Part shown: piece after piece, positions 9,638 to 18,975 of the stretch
Numbering within the stretch: position 1 is the stretch's first letter
Layout: each line of letters starts with the position of its first letter
Assembly: GCA_002794465.1 (NCBI GenBank)
Contig: MTSL01000006.1
Location: forward strand, 1 to 26,118
Direction of reading: 5' to 3'
DNA from: Paramicrosporidium saccamoebae KSL3
Taxonomy: Eukaryota; Fungi; Cryptomycota
Length of the DNA: 26,118 nt
Translations under genes and position numbers: made by a program
The notes under the pieces: generated by a model
Told to the model about the DNA's origin: nothing
Seen by the model: only the letters and a program-made list of their open reading frames with translations
Databases searched by the model: none

Positions 9638-10855
9638 TTATAATTCGTCGTTAAGAGAGTCTTCATCTTCCTCATCATGTTCTTCGCCCGAGTGAGTGTA
9701 TTCGCCATCAGAGGCATTCCCCAAATCCAAAACAATATTCTCCACCTGCGGTAGCGGTCGTTTTGCGAGTATTTGCATGAGAGACTCGGTGGCGTCGTCT
9801 TTTTGCGGCACAGGATGATAGGCAAACCGATGGGCCACCTTTTTCATGCGGGACCGCATACGTTCCTCCTCTGCCTGGGGGATTGCCTTGAGAATCTCCG
9901 TCAGACGACCTATATCCCGCTGCGGCACGCGTACTGTGAATTCGCGGAAATCAACAATGGTGCGGTTAAAGGCGACATCCCACTCATCGGCAATAATAAC
10001 GGGGATGGCACCTGCCTCAATGGCATCAAAGAGTCGGGGACTCCAATGGCTCCAGCCCAACGGACACAGGGCATAACGAGCATTAATGAGCTCATGCCAA
10101 TAAAATGCACTGTGTTCCGTTCGGATAAAGTAATGTGCAGGATCCTCCTTGCCGTACTTTAGGAGCCGCTGCCTGATTCCGAGACTGTACTCATACTCAT
10201 TGGTAATGGATCCCCTAAAGTAGGCAAAAATTGTGCGTTGGGCGGGACGGGGCAATGTCTCCACGTGGCGATATTCGCCCAATGGCGGGATGGAAATGTC
10301 CTTGTGGGGATCAAAGACCTGACGATGATCTTTGTGCGCCATGCCGAGTAGAGTCAGATGGATGCTAGAAGCCACCCGATTGCGTGCGACAGACTCGTCC
10401 TTTTCGCCCAGCACATGCACTCCCCAGTCCCAGCTGAATACGAACAGATGGTCCCGACCCTGTTTCCGCTGCCAGAAGGGATATTCTTCTTCTACATGAT
10501 CCAAGATGGCAGTTAGATACTCTGCAGTCTTTCCCCGACACACTTCTGGATCGTGGTCCACCTTGCACCGATGATAATAACAGGTGCTGTACTGCGGAAC
10601 CAAAAAATAGTCGGCCTGGGCCGCATCATGGAGGGTGGAGGCAGTTTGAACAAAGCGCGAGGCGGTTAACAAAGTGGGCAATGCAAGCTCGATGGCGTAA
10701 AAGTAGTGATGGCAAGAGGAATAGTCCATGTGATAATCACGATGGAGGAGTGTCTCGGGGATGGTGTAGATGTACACTTTTGGCATCGGAACGTCTTCTG
10801 TAGTCCACCATGTTGACACCAAAGGCAGCAATGCAGCAAAGCAGGCCAGTCTCAT
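9638..10855 (-). CDS. Exostosin-family (GT47) glycosyltransferase
   Basis: N-terminal signal or anchor; KVYIY, ADYFLVP, GRDHLF, FRGS and ALCPLGWSHWSPRLFDAIEAGAIPVII motifs typical of GT47; acidic tail ending NDEL. Confidence 0.88.
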   Translation of the reverse strand: MRLACFAALLPLVSTWWTTEDVPMPKVYIYTIPETLLHRDYHMDYSSCHHYFYAIELALPTLLTASRFVQTASTLHDAAQADYFLVPQYSTCYYHRCKVDHDPEVCRGKTAEYLTAILDHVEEEYPFWQRKQGRDHLFVFSWDWGVHVLGEKDESVARNRVASSIHLTLLGMAHKDHRQVFDPHKDISIPPLGEYRHVETLPRPAQRTIFAYFRGSITNEYEYSLGIRQRLLKYGKEDPAHYFIRTEHSAFYWHELINARYALCPLGWSHWSPRLFDAIEAGAIPVIIADEWDVAFNRTIVDFREFTVRVPQRDIGRLTEILKAIPQAEEERMRSRMKKVAHRFAYHPVPQKDDATESLMQILAKRPLPQVENIVLDLGNASDGEYTHSGEEHDEEDEDSLNDEL

Positions 10856-11085
10856 CGTCACCGTTCCCAGACAGTATTGCCCAATTCAGTCAAATTGCCG
10901 AGACAGTGTCAAGACGAATAGGTCCGTGTTTATTCAGTAGTAGGTTATAGACATAGTGATGGCCGTGGCTAATTAAGAGCGTATTGTTATTATAATGCCC
11001 CTCCCGCTCAAGAAAATGCTAGCATGAAAGGATTCGTGATTTAATAATAGATTATTCACAACCACCACAAATACTATAAGGATCA

Positions 11086-11448
11086 TCACAGTCCGCCACG
11101 GAGGGCAAGCACCAGATGCAACACACTCCCTCCCTCCACATTGTACTCACTCGCCGACTTTTCATCGCTCCTAGGACATTAACTACCCCCAAGACGGTAC
11201 ATTTGCTTTCCACCAAAGATGAGACGCTGCTGGGCAGGTGGAATGCCTTCCTTTTCCTCCACGCGTTCCTTGATTCGGCATATCTATGGTTAGAGAAAGG
11301 ACGGGGTTGGTGCCTTGTCCTTGGGTTCAATGTCTATTTCTATCTAATTATGAGGTTGTCTTGAGTGGGACAATGTACCTCTTTTCCCGTTAGGGTCTAT
11401 TGCATTAGCGTTTGGCACGAGTAAAAGTACCTTGACACGAATTTGCAT
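11086..11448 (-). CDS. NEDD8: NEDD8/Rub1 ubiquitin-like protein, 77 aa; exons 11448-11431, 11396-11379, 11343-11314, 11283-11201, 11170-11086
   Basis: Spliced translation [77 protein letters not shown]. Introns are 34, 35, 30 (GC-AG) and 30 nt. Confidence 0.95.
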
Positions 11449-11461
11449 CGGTGAATTTTGA

Positions 11462-11566
11462 CCAATGGAATCACTTGGTCGACTATAAAAATATCCACTC
11501 TTTGACGATCACAATTGGTAGAAATGATGATCCAATAGAGAAGTGGAACGTACAGATCGGACCAAT
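11462..11566. promoter_or_regulatory. Cluster of four CCAAT/ATTGG boxes in the 177-nt divergent NEDD8/RasGEF promoter
   Basis: CCAAT at 11462, 11532 and 11562; ATTGG at 11514. Confidence 0.4.
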
Positions 11567-11625
11567 AATTGTACAAATGGACACTATTATAAGTGGTTCC
11601 CTGTTTCTTGGCAGCATCAGCGACT

Positions 11626-13254
11626 ATGGACGATATCCGCCATACTTTGGCTATTGCGGCGGCGTTGAAGAAGAGCTACCGGGCCGGTTCGTATTACAAG
11701 TACTTGGATGCTGTGCACCTGACGCTTGACCTGCTGGGCAGTGAATCGCTCTTCCGACCGGTTGGAGGACTTGATCGATCGATAGTGGAGCGCTTGTTCA
11801 AGGTGTGCGAAAGCGCAGTGAGGAGAGCAGGAGAGCAGATTGACGCAGTGTTGGATTTGGACGAAAAGAGTGCGAAACAGGCGAGCGAGCAGAGTGCCCT
11901 GAATGCCGAGCCAATAGAGGAGGATCCAACGGGGACCACCTTTAGTGTTCCCAAACGAGAAACATGTCAGTCAGTGTCAGGAAAGAAGCCAAACGAAGAT
12001 GATTCAAAAACGATTGAGGACAAAGCAAGATCCGCTCCTGTCATGATTGTGGAGGAAGAATTCGGAGACGAACCTGCTTTGGGAGTAAGGGATCCAGCCA
12101 CTTTACCAATGATTCCGATAAGCAGTTTGTATTTGGCACAGTGTCAAGAAATGTTGGACATGCAATTATTGATGCAACGATTGGAACCTCTCGCCAACGC
12201 CACCCCAAAACAGCGCTCTAACGCATTGTACCTGGACGCGGTGCAACAGCTGGTAGTTCGACTTCGAGGCCATGCTTTGCGCAAACTAGATTTGCAGGAT
12301 GCCAGCCACAAGGCCATGGAACTGCGAGTGCGAGCAATTCCACCCGGAGAATTAGCTCGACAGATTACGCGTCTACAGATGGAAATATTTAGGCGCGTGC
12401 CAATTGGAGAATTGGATGTGCCCATTCATGATCGCGCATCCCATGCACCCTGTCTGAGTGAGCTCGTGGCATTTTCACAATACATTACCCATTGGTGTCA
12501 ATATGAGGTGTTGCGCTACGCCACGGCACAGGATCGCGCAGGAGTTTTGGCACATCTAATCCGCACGACGACGGCATTGGCAGATTTGGCCAACTACGAG
12601 TCGTGTCGTGCAATGGTTGCGGGACTGACATCCCATCCACTGCGACGACTGCGACAGACAATGGTATTGCTCCCAAAACGACTTCGGAATGAATTGGATT
12701 CGTTGGGGATTCTCGTCTCAGAACGACGGGATTATGCACAACTGCGTGAAACTTTGGATCGACGGGCTACTCCTTGCATCCCACCCGTAGTAACGCCGGT
12801 GCGTTGGGAAGAATTCCAGAGCAGCGCCTATTTAGAACTGTTTCCTGCACAGCCCAATGTGCAGCACTATCTGCTGATCCAACCATATCGCTGGGAGGAG
12901 GAACTGTTTAGCATTTCAGTGGCACGAGAACCGCCTGGCCGTATCGAAAGTCGCGAAACTCCCGCCCTCACCGGTGCTGAAGAGGAGCGTTTGGCCTTTG
13001 CTGATGACGATGTTTTTGAGATTATCGGACGTAAAATCCAAAATCCCAATCATTGGTCGTCCAGTTCGCCACGATCAGTGTCTTCAGAAGTATCCCCAGA
13101 TGTATCCGCGCGATTGGTGTCTCCAGACGTATCCACACGATTGGTATCTCCAGACGTATCTACAAGATCCCGGTCTTCAGACGTTCCCGCACGATCTATA
13201 CCGTTAGAAGTATCCACACGACTTGCACCTTCTGACGTGACCAACCTCCGCTAA
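11626..13254 (+). CDS. RasGEF (CDC25-like) domain protein with a C-terminal 9-aa repeat tail
   Basis: FSQYITHWCQYEVL...RAGVLAHLIRTTTALADLANYESCRAMVAGLTSHPLRRLRQT...DYAQLRETL...PCIP matches the RasGEF catalytic domain. First ATG is at 11626. Confidence 0.85.
   Translation: MDDIRHTLAIAAALKKSYRAGSYYKYLDAVHLTLDLLGSESLFRPVGGLDRSIVERLFKVCESAVRRAGEQIDAVLDLDEKSAKQASEQSALNAEPIEEDPTGTTFSVPKRETCQSVSGKKPNEDDSKTIEDKARSAPVMIVEEEFGDEPALGVRDPATLPMIPISSLYLAQCQEMLDMQLLMQRLEPLANATPKQRSNALYLDAVQQLVVRLRGHALRKLDLQDASHKAMELRVRAIPPGELARQITRLQMEIFRRVPIGELDVPIHDRASHAPCLSELVAFSQYITHWCQYEVLRYATAQDRAGVLAHLIRTTTALADLANYESCRAMVAGLTSHPLRRLRQTMVLLPKRLRNELDSLGILVSERRDYAQLRETLDRRATPCIPPVVTPVRWEEFQSSAYLELFPAQPNVQHYLLIQPYRWEEELFSISVAREPPGRIESRETPALTGAEEERLAFADDDVFEIIGRKIQNPNHWSSSSPRSVSSEVSPDVSARLVSPDVSTRLVSPDVSTRSRSSDVPARSIPLEVSTRLAPSDVTNLR
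13090..13251 (+). repeat. Six degenerate 27-nt (9-aa) tandem repeats, consensus VSPDVSTRL
   Basis: gtatccccagatgtatccgcgcgattg / gtgtctccagacgtatccacacgattg / gtatctccagacgtatctacaagatcc and three more diverged units, ending exactly at the stop codon. Confidence 0.85.
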
Positions 13255-13414
13255 CTGTATATACCGATTAATAAATGCGATTGTCATTAATGTTAATAAT
13301 GATGGTATGTAAATATCGAATGGCTGTATGCAACCCCTCGAATATATAGGCCCATCCTATCGTCTATGGGTTAAGCATTACCAAATATCATAATATGATA
13401 TTAGCTAATCTATG

Positions 13415-16400
13415 CTAGTTGAGGAGATGGGCAAGATCAACAATATTGTTGACAGTGGATGGAATGGACAAGGCATCAAACTCGGCTTTAATGGCATCCA
13501 ACTTGCTGGCAGGAACGGCGGCTAGCCGAATTGCTCGGGTGGCGTCCTTGAGAACAAGCAGCAGTTCCTGGGCTGCCCGGGTCAGCTGAGGCACATCCAT
13601 GGCAAGCATACGGCTATTCCAACGTCTTTCCTCGTCAGAGCCCACAGATGGCAATCCACGTAGAGCAGTGCGACAGGCCGTTGCTACAATTCCTGCGGGA
13701 GTGGCACGTTCTGTGACGAATTGGAATTGCATTCCAGCCTGTGCAGTGCGTACAGCTTCATCGGTAATCACATTTGCTGGGGCGCTTAGTAGTTCCTCCA
13801 GAAGGGCAATAAATGTGGTAAAGGCTCTTACGGGATCCGAAGAGTCGTCCAAATGCGCCGTCAACAGTCCACTCCATACTGCCACAGAGATGGATGCACC
13901 ATATGCCAATCCTGCGCCTCGGATGCGTCTGAAAAGCGGTCCTTCCGTGTAACTGAGCAGCTGACAAAGCAGCGCCGTGCTGAGCAACCGATCAATAGTT
14001 GCATCATCATATTCGGCTGAACGGGGCAAAACGTCCAATGGTACACAAATCATCAAATAGGAAGAGGTAATGTCTGACATGGGAATCAGCTCAAATTCGC
14101 CTCCTTCGTTGACAGTTTCTCCCTCCAAGGTTCCCTGCTTTGGCAGACGATAGGGATCCTCCCAAAACGAATGCGAATCAGTGGATGTTGGCTGGCTTCC
14201 ATCTTCATTAGTTCCAAAATGAGTCAGCATGGGCGATTCTACCAGATGCTGTCGAAGCTGTTCCAAGCTAGAAATGACACTGTCTGGTTGCTCTTCGAGT
14301 TGTTCGCGCAATTGGACGAGGAACTTTGTTTGAGTGGCCATGCCAAGATGTTTCTCTATTGTCGGAGCCATTCTGCATCGAGGACGTTTGGCTGCCTTTG
14401 CGCACTCTCCCAACCGAGTGGTCAGTCGCATGTCTAGAACACTGTGAGCCTCTCCCCAAGTGTCCTTTAGTTGGCTGATGAGATTCTCCAGCACTTCAGC
14501 CACTCGATCCGCAGAAAAGACGGTACCGTGGAGGACCAACATGCACAGATTGCGCAGCTCCTCCAGCGTGTAGACAACCCGTCCGTGCAATGAAACAACG
14601 AAATGTGACTCAAAGTAGCCGCAAGAGAAAATGTCACTATCAAAGCCGACGGCTGTCTCAAAGGTGGAAAAGACTCCTGATAGCTCCTCAATAAGCTCCT
14701 GATACGAAATGGCCTCGGTGAGGAGGGGGGAGGGGAATTGTGTCAAAAGAGTGTCCGTGATTTCCAAATCACATTGGAAGAACAACTCTTGCAGCAGCAC
14801 CAAGTACGGCCACAAAGGCTCTGGGATGCACTTGGCAATGTCAAATGCAAGGGTCAGACGCTTCACTCCCGAGATGGGCAGAGAGACAATCTGTACGGCA
14901 GGAGATGGGCGATGGATGGTGCAGGGAATGGCAGCCAACTTTCCCGTGTCAAATGGCGCAATTTCCTGGGTGACCTGATACTCTTCCTCGGACAATTCGA
15001 TCACCGGAATGTTTTTCAACTGTTCCGTCTCCCACGTCTTGATGGACTCGTTCATAGTCCGAGAGGGCTTCATTCTCACCTCGGCTGGGGGAGGTCCCAG
15101 AAGGAAATGATCAATCAGTTCAGTCCAATAGGACAAGGGCTGTTGTGCCAACTCTTCCAAGTGCTGTGGCACCCGAGTAATGGATTCGCCATAACGACCA
15201 GGCTCTGTCGTCTTGGCAAATGGCCAGCGTGCACGCACAATTTCTGGCATACAATAGCCGGCGCAGAAGTCGTGTGGATCATCCTCCAAACTTTCCTGCA
15301 GCTTAATCTTTAGCGATTTTAGTGCCACCTTTCTGCGCTCTTCTAGCATTTCCTCATCAGTTCGGATAGCCCGCAACACTTCTTCCAACTCTGTCCACAA
15401 TACTCCCTCATCCAAATAGCACTTTCCGTCTTTGCCATCGGTTGGGATACCGCTAAAGATGATGGAAAGCATGGTCTGATGTGCCGGCTTTACTTCGTAG
15501 TCAATATCCGAGGCAATGGGGTCGCTGCGTTCCACAAAGTGCTGATATAAGGGACTGGCTGAAGTATCCTTGAGCATCCGAAGTAGGACGTGCAATGCCG
15601 TAATCGTGTACATATTGTCGCTGGTAGGCCCTGTCCATGCAAAACCCACCGAACCGAGCGATTCATCGTTGGCTGGGAAAGGAATAAGGACTGAGGATTG
15701 TTTTTCAATAACTGGCTCAGATGGTGGGTGAATAGGAGAGGGTGTGGGATAGAATTGGACAGAATCGAGCAGTTCCAAAAGTCCATCCAATTCGGCATCA
15801 AGTCCCGCTCCGCAGAGGACGACACAGACATTCTCCGGTCGATACCATCGGGCGTGGTAATCCTTAATTTCTTGCAGCGTCAACGTGGCAATGTCTTTAG
15901 TTCTTCCTCCGCACTCCCAACCATAAACCCCGCCTATTGTGCTACGTCGCAGTGCCAAGTCCAGCTGATCTTGTTCGCTCCATTCCCGACCAGCCATCTC
16001 ACAGTACACCACTCCACGTCCGCCTGCAGTTCCCCGATGGAAGACTTCCCGTCGAACCACCGTCTCGGAGAGGGTGGGACGGAAAATGTGGTCCAGGAAC
16101 ACGGGCAGCAAGCGAAGGAGTCCTGCCAGGGAAGAGGTCATTAGGGTGTAGCACGTGTGGTCGTCGCTTGTGTACGCATTAGTGCCCTGCGATTGACACA
16201 GTCCTGCGAGACGGTCAAGATAGCCACGTTCCGGATACGCCACCGAGCCACAAAAGATGAGATGTTCTAGTGTGTGAGGTAGCCCTTTATGGTCTTCCAC
16301 AAACGTCGGCACGGCGACATAGACTGCATACAGCGGACTGTCCACTGCACAGGTCACCAGTTCGAGCCCATTTGTGCATTTGTATGTGCTCACTCCCGTC

Positions 16401-16453
16401 TTTGGATAGTCCACTGCATCCAACACTGTCGAAAATACCTTACTTGGTGCCAT
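13415..16453 (-). CDS. M16 (insulinase/pitrilysin-like, probably M16C) zinc metallopeptidase, 1012 aa
   Basis: Inverted zinc motif GLPHTLEHLIFCGS, NAYTSDDHTCY, GVVYCEM, and C-terminal LFRRIRGAGLAYGA. Confidence 0.92.
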   Translation of the reverse strand: MAPSKVFSTVLDAVDYPKTGVSTYKCTNGLELVTCAVDSPLYAVYVAVPTFVEDHKGLPHTLEHLIFCGSVAYPERGYLDRLAGLCQSQGTNAYTSDDHTCYTLMTSSLAGLLRLLPVFLDHIFRPTLSETVVRREVFHRGTAGGRGVVYCEMAGREWSEQDQLDLALRRSTIGGVYGWECGGRTKDIATLTLQEIKDYHARWYRPENVCVVLCGAGLDAELDGLLELLDSVQFYPTPSPIHPPSEPVIEKQSSVLIPFPANDESLGSVGFAWTGPTSDNMYTITALHVLLRMLKDTSASPLYQHFVERSDPIASDIDYEVKPAHQTMLSIIFSGIPTDGKDGKCYLDEGVLWTELEEVLRAIRTDEEMLEERRKVALKSLKIKLQESLEDDPHDFCAGYCMPEIVRARWPFAKTTEPGRYGESITRVPQHLEELAQQPLSYWTELIDHFLLGPPPAEVRMKPSRTMNESIKTWETEQLKNIPVIELSEEEYQVTQEIAPFDTGKLAAIPCTIHRPSPAVQIVSLPISGVKRLTLAFDIAKCIPEPLWPYLVLLQELFFQCDLEITDTLLTQFPSPLLTEAISYQELIEELSGVFSTFETAVGFDSDIFSCGYFESHFVVSLHGRVVYTLEELRNLCMLVLHGTVFSADRVAEVLENLISQLKDTWGEAHSVLDMRLTTRLGECAKAAKRPRCRMAPTIEKHLGMATQTKFLVQLREQLEEQPDSVISSLEQLRQHLVESPMLTHFGTNEDGSQPTSTDSHSFWEDPYRLPKQGTLEGETVNEGGEFELIPMSDITSSYLMICVPLDVLPRSAEYDDATIDRLLSTALLCQLLSYTEGPLFRRIRGAGLAYGASISVAVWSGLLTAHLDDSSDPVRAFTTFIALLEELLSAPANVITDEAVRTAQAGMQFQFVTERATPAGIVATACRTALRGLPSVGSDEERRWNSRMLAMDVPQLTRAAQELLLVLKDATRAIRLAAVPASKLDAIKAEFDALSIPSTVNNIVDLAHLLN

Positions 16454-16625
16454 GTCCTTAACAATTAATCTGTTTTTATCTTTTGTGCGTGGTGTAATAA
16501 TAAGAAAGGGCTTGTGAGGCTAAAAGTAGTGACCTTGTAAAAACATGTCCATAGACCCGCGCGGGTCCGTGCATTACTGTACCATCTTGTAAATTTGCCG
16601 GTATGGCCACTTTGCTGGATAAACA

Positions 16626-18716
16626 TCATTTATTTACCGTGGTAACTGGATCATCTGGAATCGTGTCAGGTGAGCCGGGTAATAGTGGAGAATCCTCCAA
16701 TGCACCCTTGTCATTCGCATCGTTGCCGTTTGTATAGCTTGGTCCAGCTACGTCGCTCTTGTCATCGAAATGATCTGTTCCCTTCAGTCCATCCGTATCG
16801 TTTTCGGCACTGCTACCGGATATCATAACTGGGATTGACGGTGGTCGGATGGGCATTACTGGACGAGTTCCCAGACCAAACTTGAACACTGCCAGCAATA
16901 ATGTAGTGGCACCAAAGATGATTACCGTTGCCACTGTCACTGTCCAGGGAGGCAACTCTCTAAACGTCCTCCTCATCCTCTCTACTCGCTGCTGGATGGC
17001 GAGTAGACGCAATGCAAGATAGCATGGTAGCCACGCTTCAGGCTCCTCGTTCGATTTTCCCAGAGTGGCTGCCTGTTCATAGTACCGACGGGCCATGTTG
17101 AGATCTAGCGGCACTCCAATTCCATACTGATGGAGATAGGCCAGATTGAAGGCGGCTTGTGGGCTGCGCTTCTCAATTGCCTTGTGGTAGTAAGCAGCCG
17201 CACTGATGGGATCTGGCTGTTCAATGCCCCAACCTTTGTACATGTAATCGCCAAGTGCCACCAATGATGGCGCTTCGCCATTGGAAGCTGCAGACAGAGA
17301 CCACCACACAAGTGCCCGTCTCCTCAATGACTCTATCTCTTCCTGATTATTCTTGGATCGCGCCATATGGTCCAACAAAAAGGCGGCGTTGTATTGAGCC
17401 GCGTCATTCCCCTGTTCAGCAATGTACAAAAAACGCGACAGGGCTGCACCAAAACGACCTCGTGTAAATAAATCATTCGCTTCTTCAACTAGCGAGACAC
17501 TTGGATGCTTCTCCAATACGTTGAGGAGCAGCGTTTTGGCCAGATTGCAGGTCACATCCCGGTGCATGTTCAGCTTGGCCAGCTCATATCCCGCCAGCAC
17601 ATATCCACCTCGCAGAGCTGCAATATATGCCCCAAATATCGTGTCATCATGACGTACCGGATCAATCTCTGTATAAACTCGGCCCAAGTTGTAGTACGCC
17701 TCAGAGTGGTCCAAATCGGCGGCCTGTTTGAAATATTTGGCCGCCTCGTCGAGATCCTTCATTACCTCAACGCCCTTCCAGTATAGCAGACCCATTCCAT
17801 TGAGGGCGATGGCATTCTTTTCCTTGCTGGCCCGACGAAACTTGTGATATGCCTCCCGCTTGTTTGGCTTTTCCAGTCCTTCGCCATAATAGTCCATTTG
17901 GCCCAGATAGCCCGTCGCTGCCGCATTTCCTAGATCGGCAGCCTTGGTGAAATAATCCCGGGCAAGGCCCATGTCGCGATCAACTCCCCCAACTCCAAGA
18001 TAGAATACCTGTCCCAAGAAGAGCAATGCTGTGGCATCTCCCGAATCGGCATTGTATTGGTAAAAGTCAACGACGTCCCTCGAAGTGCTGCTTTTTTCGC
18101 TCCTGTTGTGTGACAGACGCACAGCCTTGGGAAAGCTGGTTCTCCGCTCACTCTCCACTTCCTTGGCCATCTCGGTGGCCACTGAGAAATAATAGTCCCT
18201 CGCCTTTAGACAACTTTTTGTCACTTGTGCGCCCGCTGAATGCATCCATCCCAGCGCCATTAATGCCCCCGTGTGTTTCTTCTCTGCCGCCATTGCATAA
18301 TATGCGAGCTTGTGAGGGATACTTCGTGTCTTTCCCCCAAGGCCATTGGAGTGGAACAGACCGAGGAGGAAATGGCACTCTGGGTCATTACAGTTGCTCA
18401 AATACGAGGCACATTTCCCATAGTCAGGCTCAAAGTTGAGTCTTCCAAAATAATATAGATCGGCGAGATGGACAGCTGCCGCATCATGGCCCAACTGTAG
18501 TGCATGGTCGAGCTTTGCAACTGCCGAATTAATGCCAGAGCCGTCCGGATGACTTAGCAGGGCAACACCTTCCTCGTAGAGCTGCTTTGCTTGTAATGTC
18601 AATTCAGTCGACGTTACAATAACGTTGCCTGCGACGGGCGACACTACAGTGTCAATTTCTCCACTCTCTGCCAGAGCTGGTAGGAGAAGAGTCAACAACT
18701 GCCAAGAAAGCCGCAT
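16626..18716 (-). CDS. HRD3: Hrd3/SEL1L-like ERAD lectin adaptor (Sel1-like repeats)
   Basis: Signal peptide, multiple SLR repeats, DVVDFYQYNADSGD...LGQVFYLG motif, AQYNAAFLLD, and a TM segment near the C-terminus. Confidence 0.88.
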   Translation of the reverse strand: MRLSWQLLTLLLPALAESGEIDTVVSPVAGNVIVTSTELTLQAKQLYEEGVALLSHPDGSGINSAVAKLDHALQLGHDAAAVHLADLYYFGRLNFEPDYGKCASYLSNCNDPECHFLLGLFHSNGLGGKTRSIPHKLAYYAMAAEKKHTGALMALGWMHSAGAQVTKSCLKARDYYFSVATEMAKEVESERRTSFPKAVRLSHNRSEKSSTSRDVVDFYQYNADSGDATALLFLGQVFYLGVGGVDRDMGLARDYFTKAADLGNAAATGYLGQMDYYGEGLEKPNKREAYHKFRRASKEKNAIALNGMGLLYWKGVEVMKDLDEAAKYFKQAADLDHSEAYYNLGRVYTEIDPVRHDDTIFGAYIAALRGGYVLAGYELAKLNMHRDVTCNLAKTLLLNVLEKHPSVSLVEEANDLFTRGRFGAALSRFLYIAEQGNDAAQYNAAFLLDHMARSKNNQEEIESLRRRALVWWSLSAASNGEAPSLVALGDYMYKGWGIEQPDPISAAAYYHKAIEKRSPQAAFNLAYLHQYGIGVPLDLNMARRYYEQAATLGKSNEEPEAWLPCYLALRLLAIQQRVERMRRTFRELPPWTVTVATVIIFGATTLLLAVFKFGLGTRPVMPIRPPSIPVMISGSSAENDTDGLKGTDHFDDKSDVAGPSYTNGNDANDKGALEDSPLLPGSPDTIPDDPVTTVNK

Positions 18717-18975
18717 GGATGACTTTACTATTATTATTTTATTTTACGACTGATACAAAAAGGCTAATTCTGCAATTGTCACGACAGTAGTGGAACGGGC
18801 GAGATTGTTACTTGCAATAACGACACTTTATTGGGGGTTTTCTCAACCATCAATGCTCAGCGGCATCAGATACCCCTTATCATAGCCAATCTTTGGTCAA
18901 CGTGATACACTCGCAAACTTTACTCCGCCTCGACAATTATAAGAACAGTGTATTCCTTCACTATGACATTGCAAA

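Noticed and set aside
11052-11729. Short ORFs 11052..11330, 11116..11364 and 11451..11729
   Set aside because: Alternative-frame or antisense shadows of the spliced NEDD8 gene and the RasGEF start.
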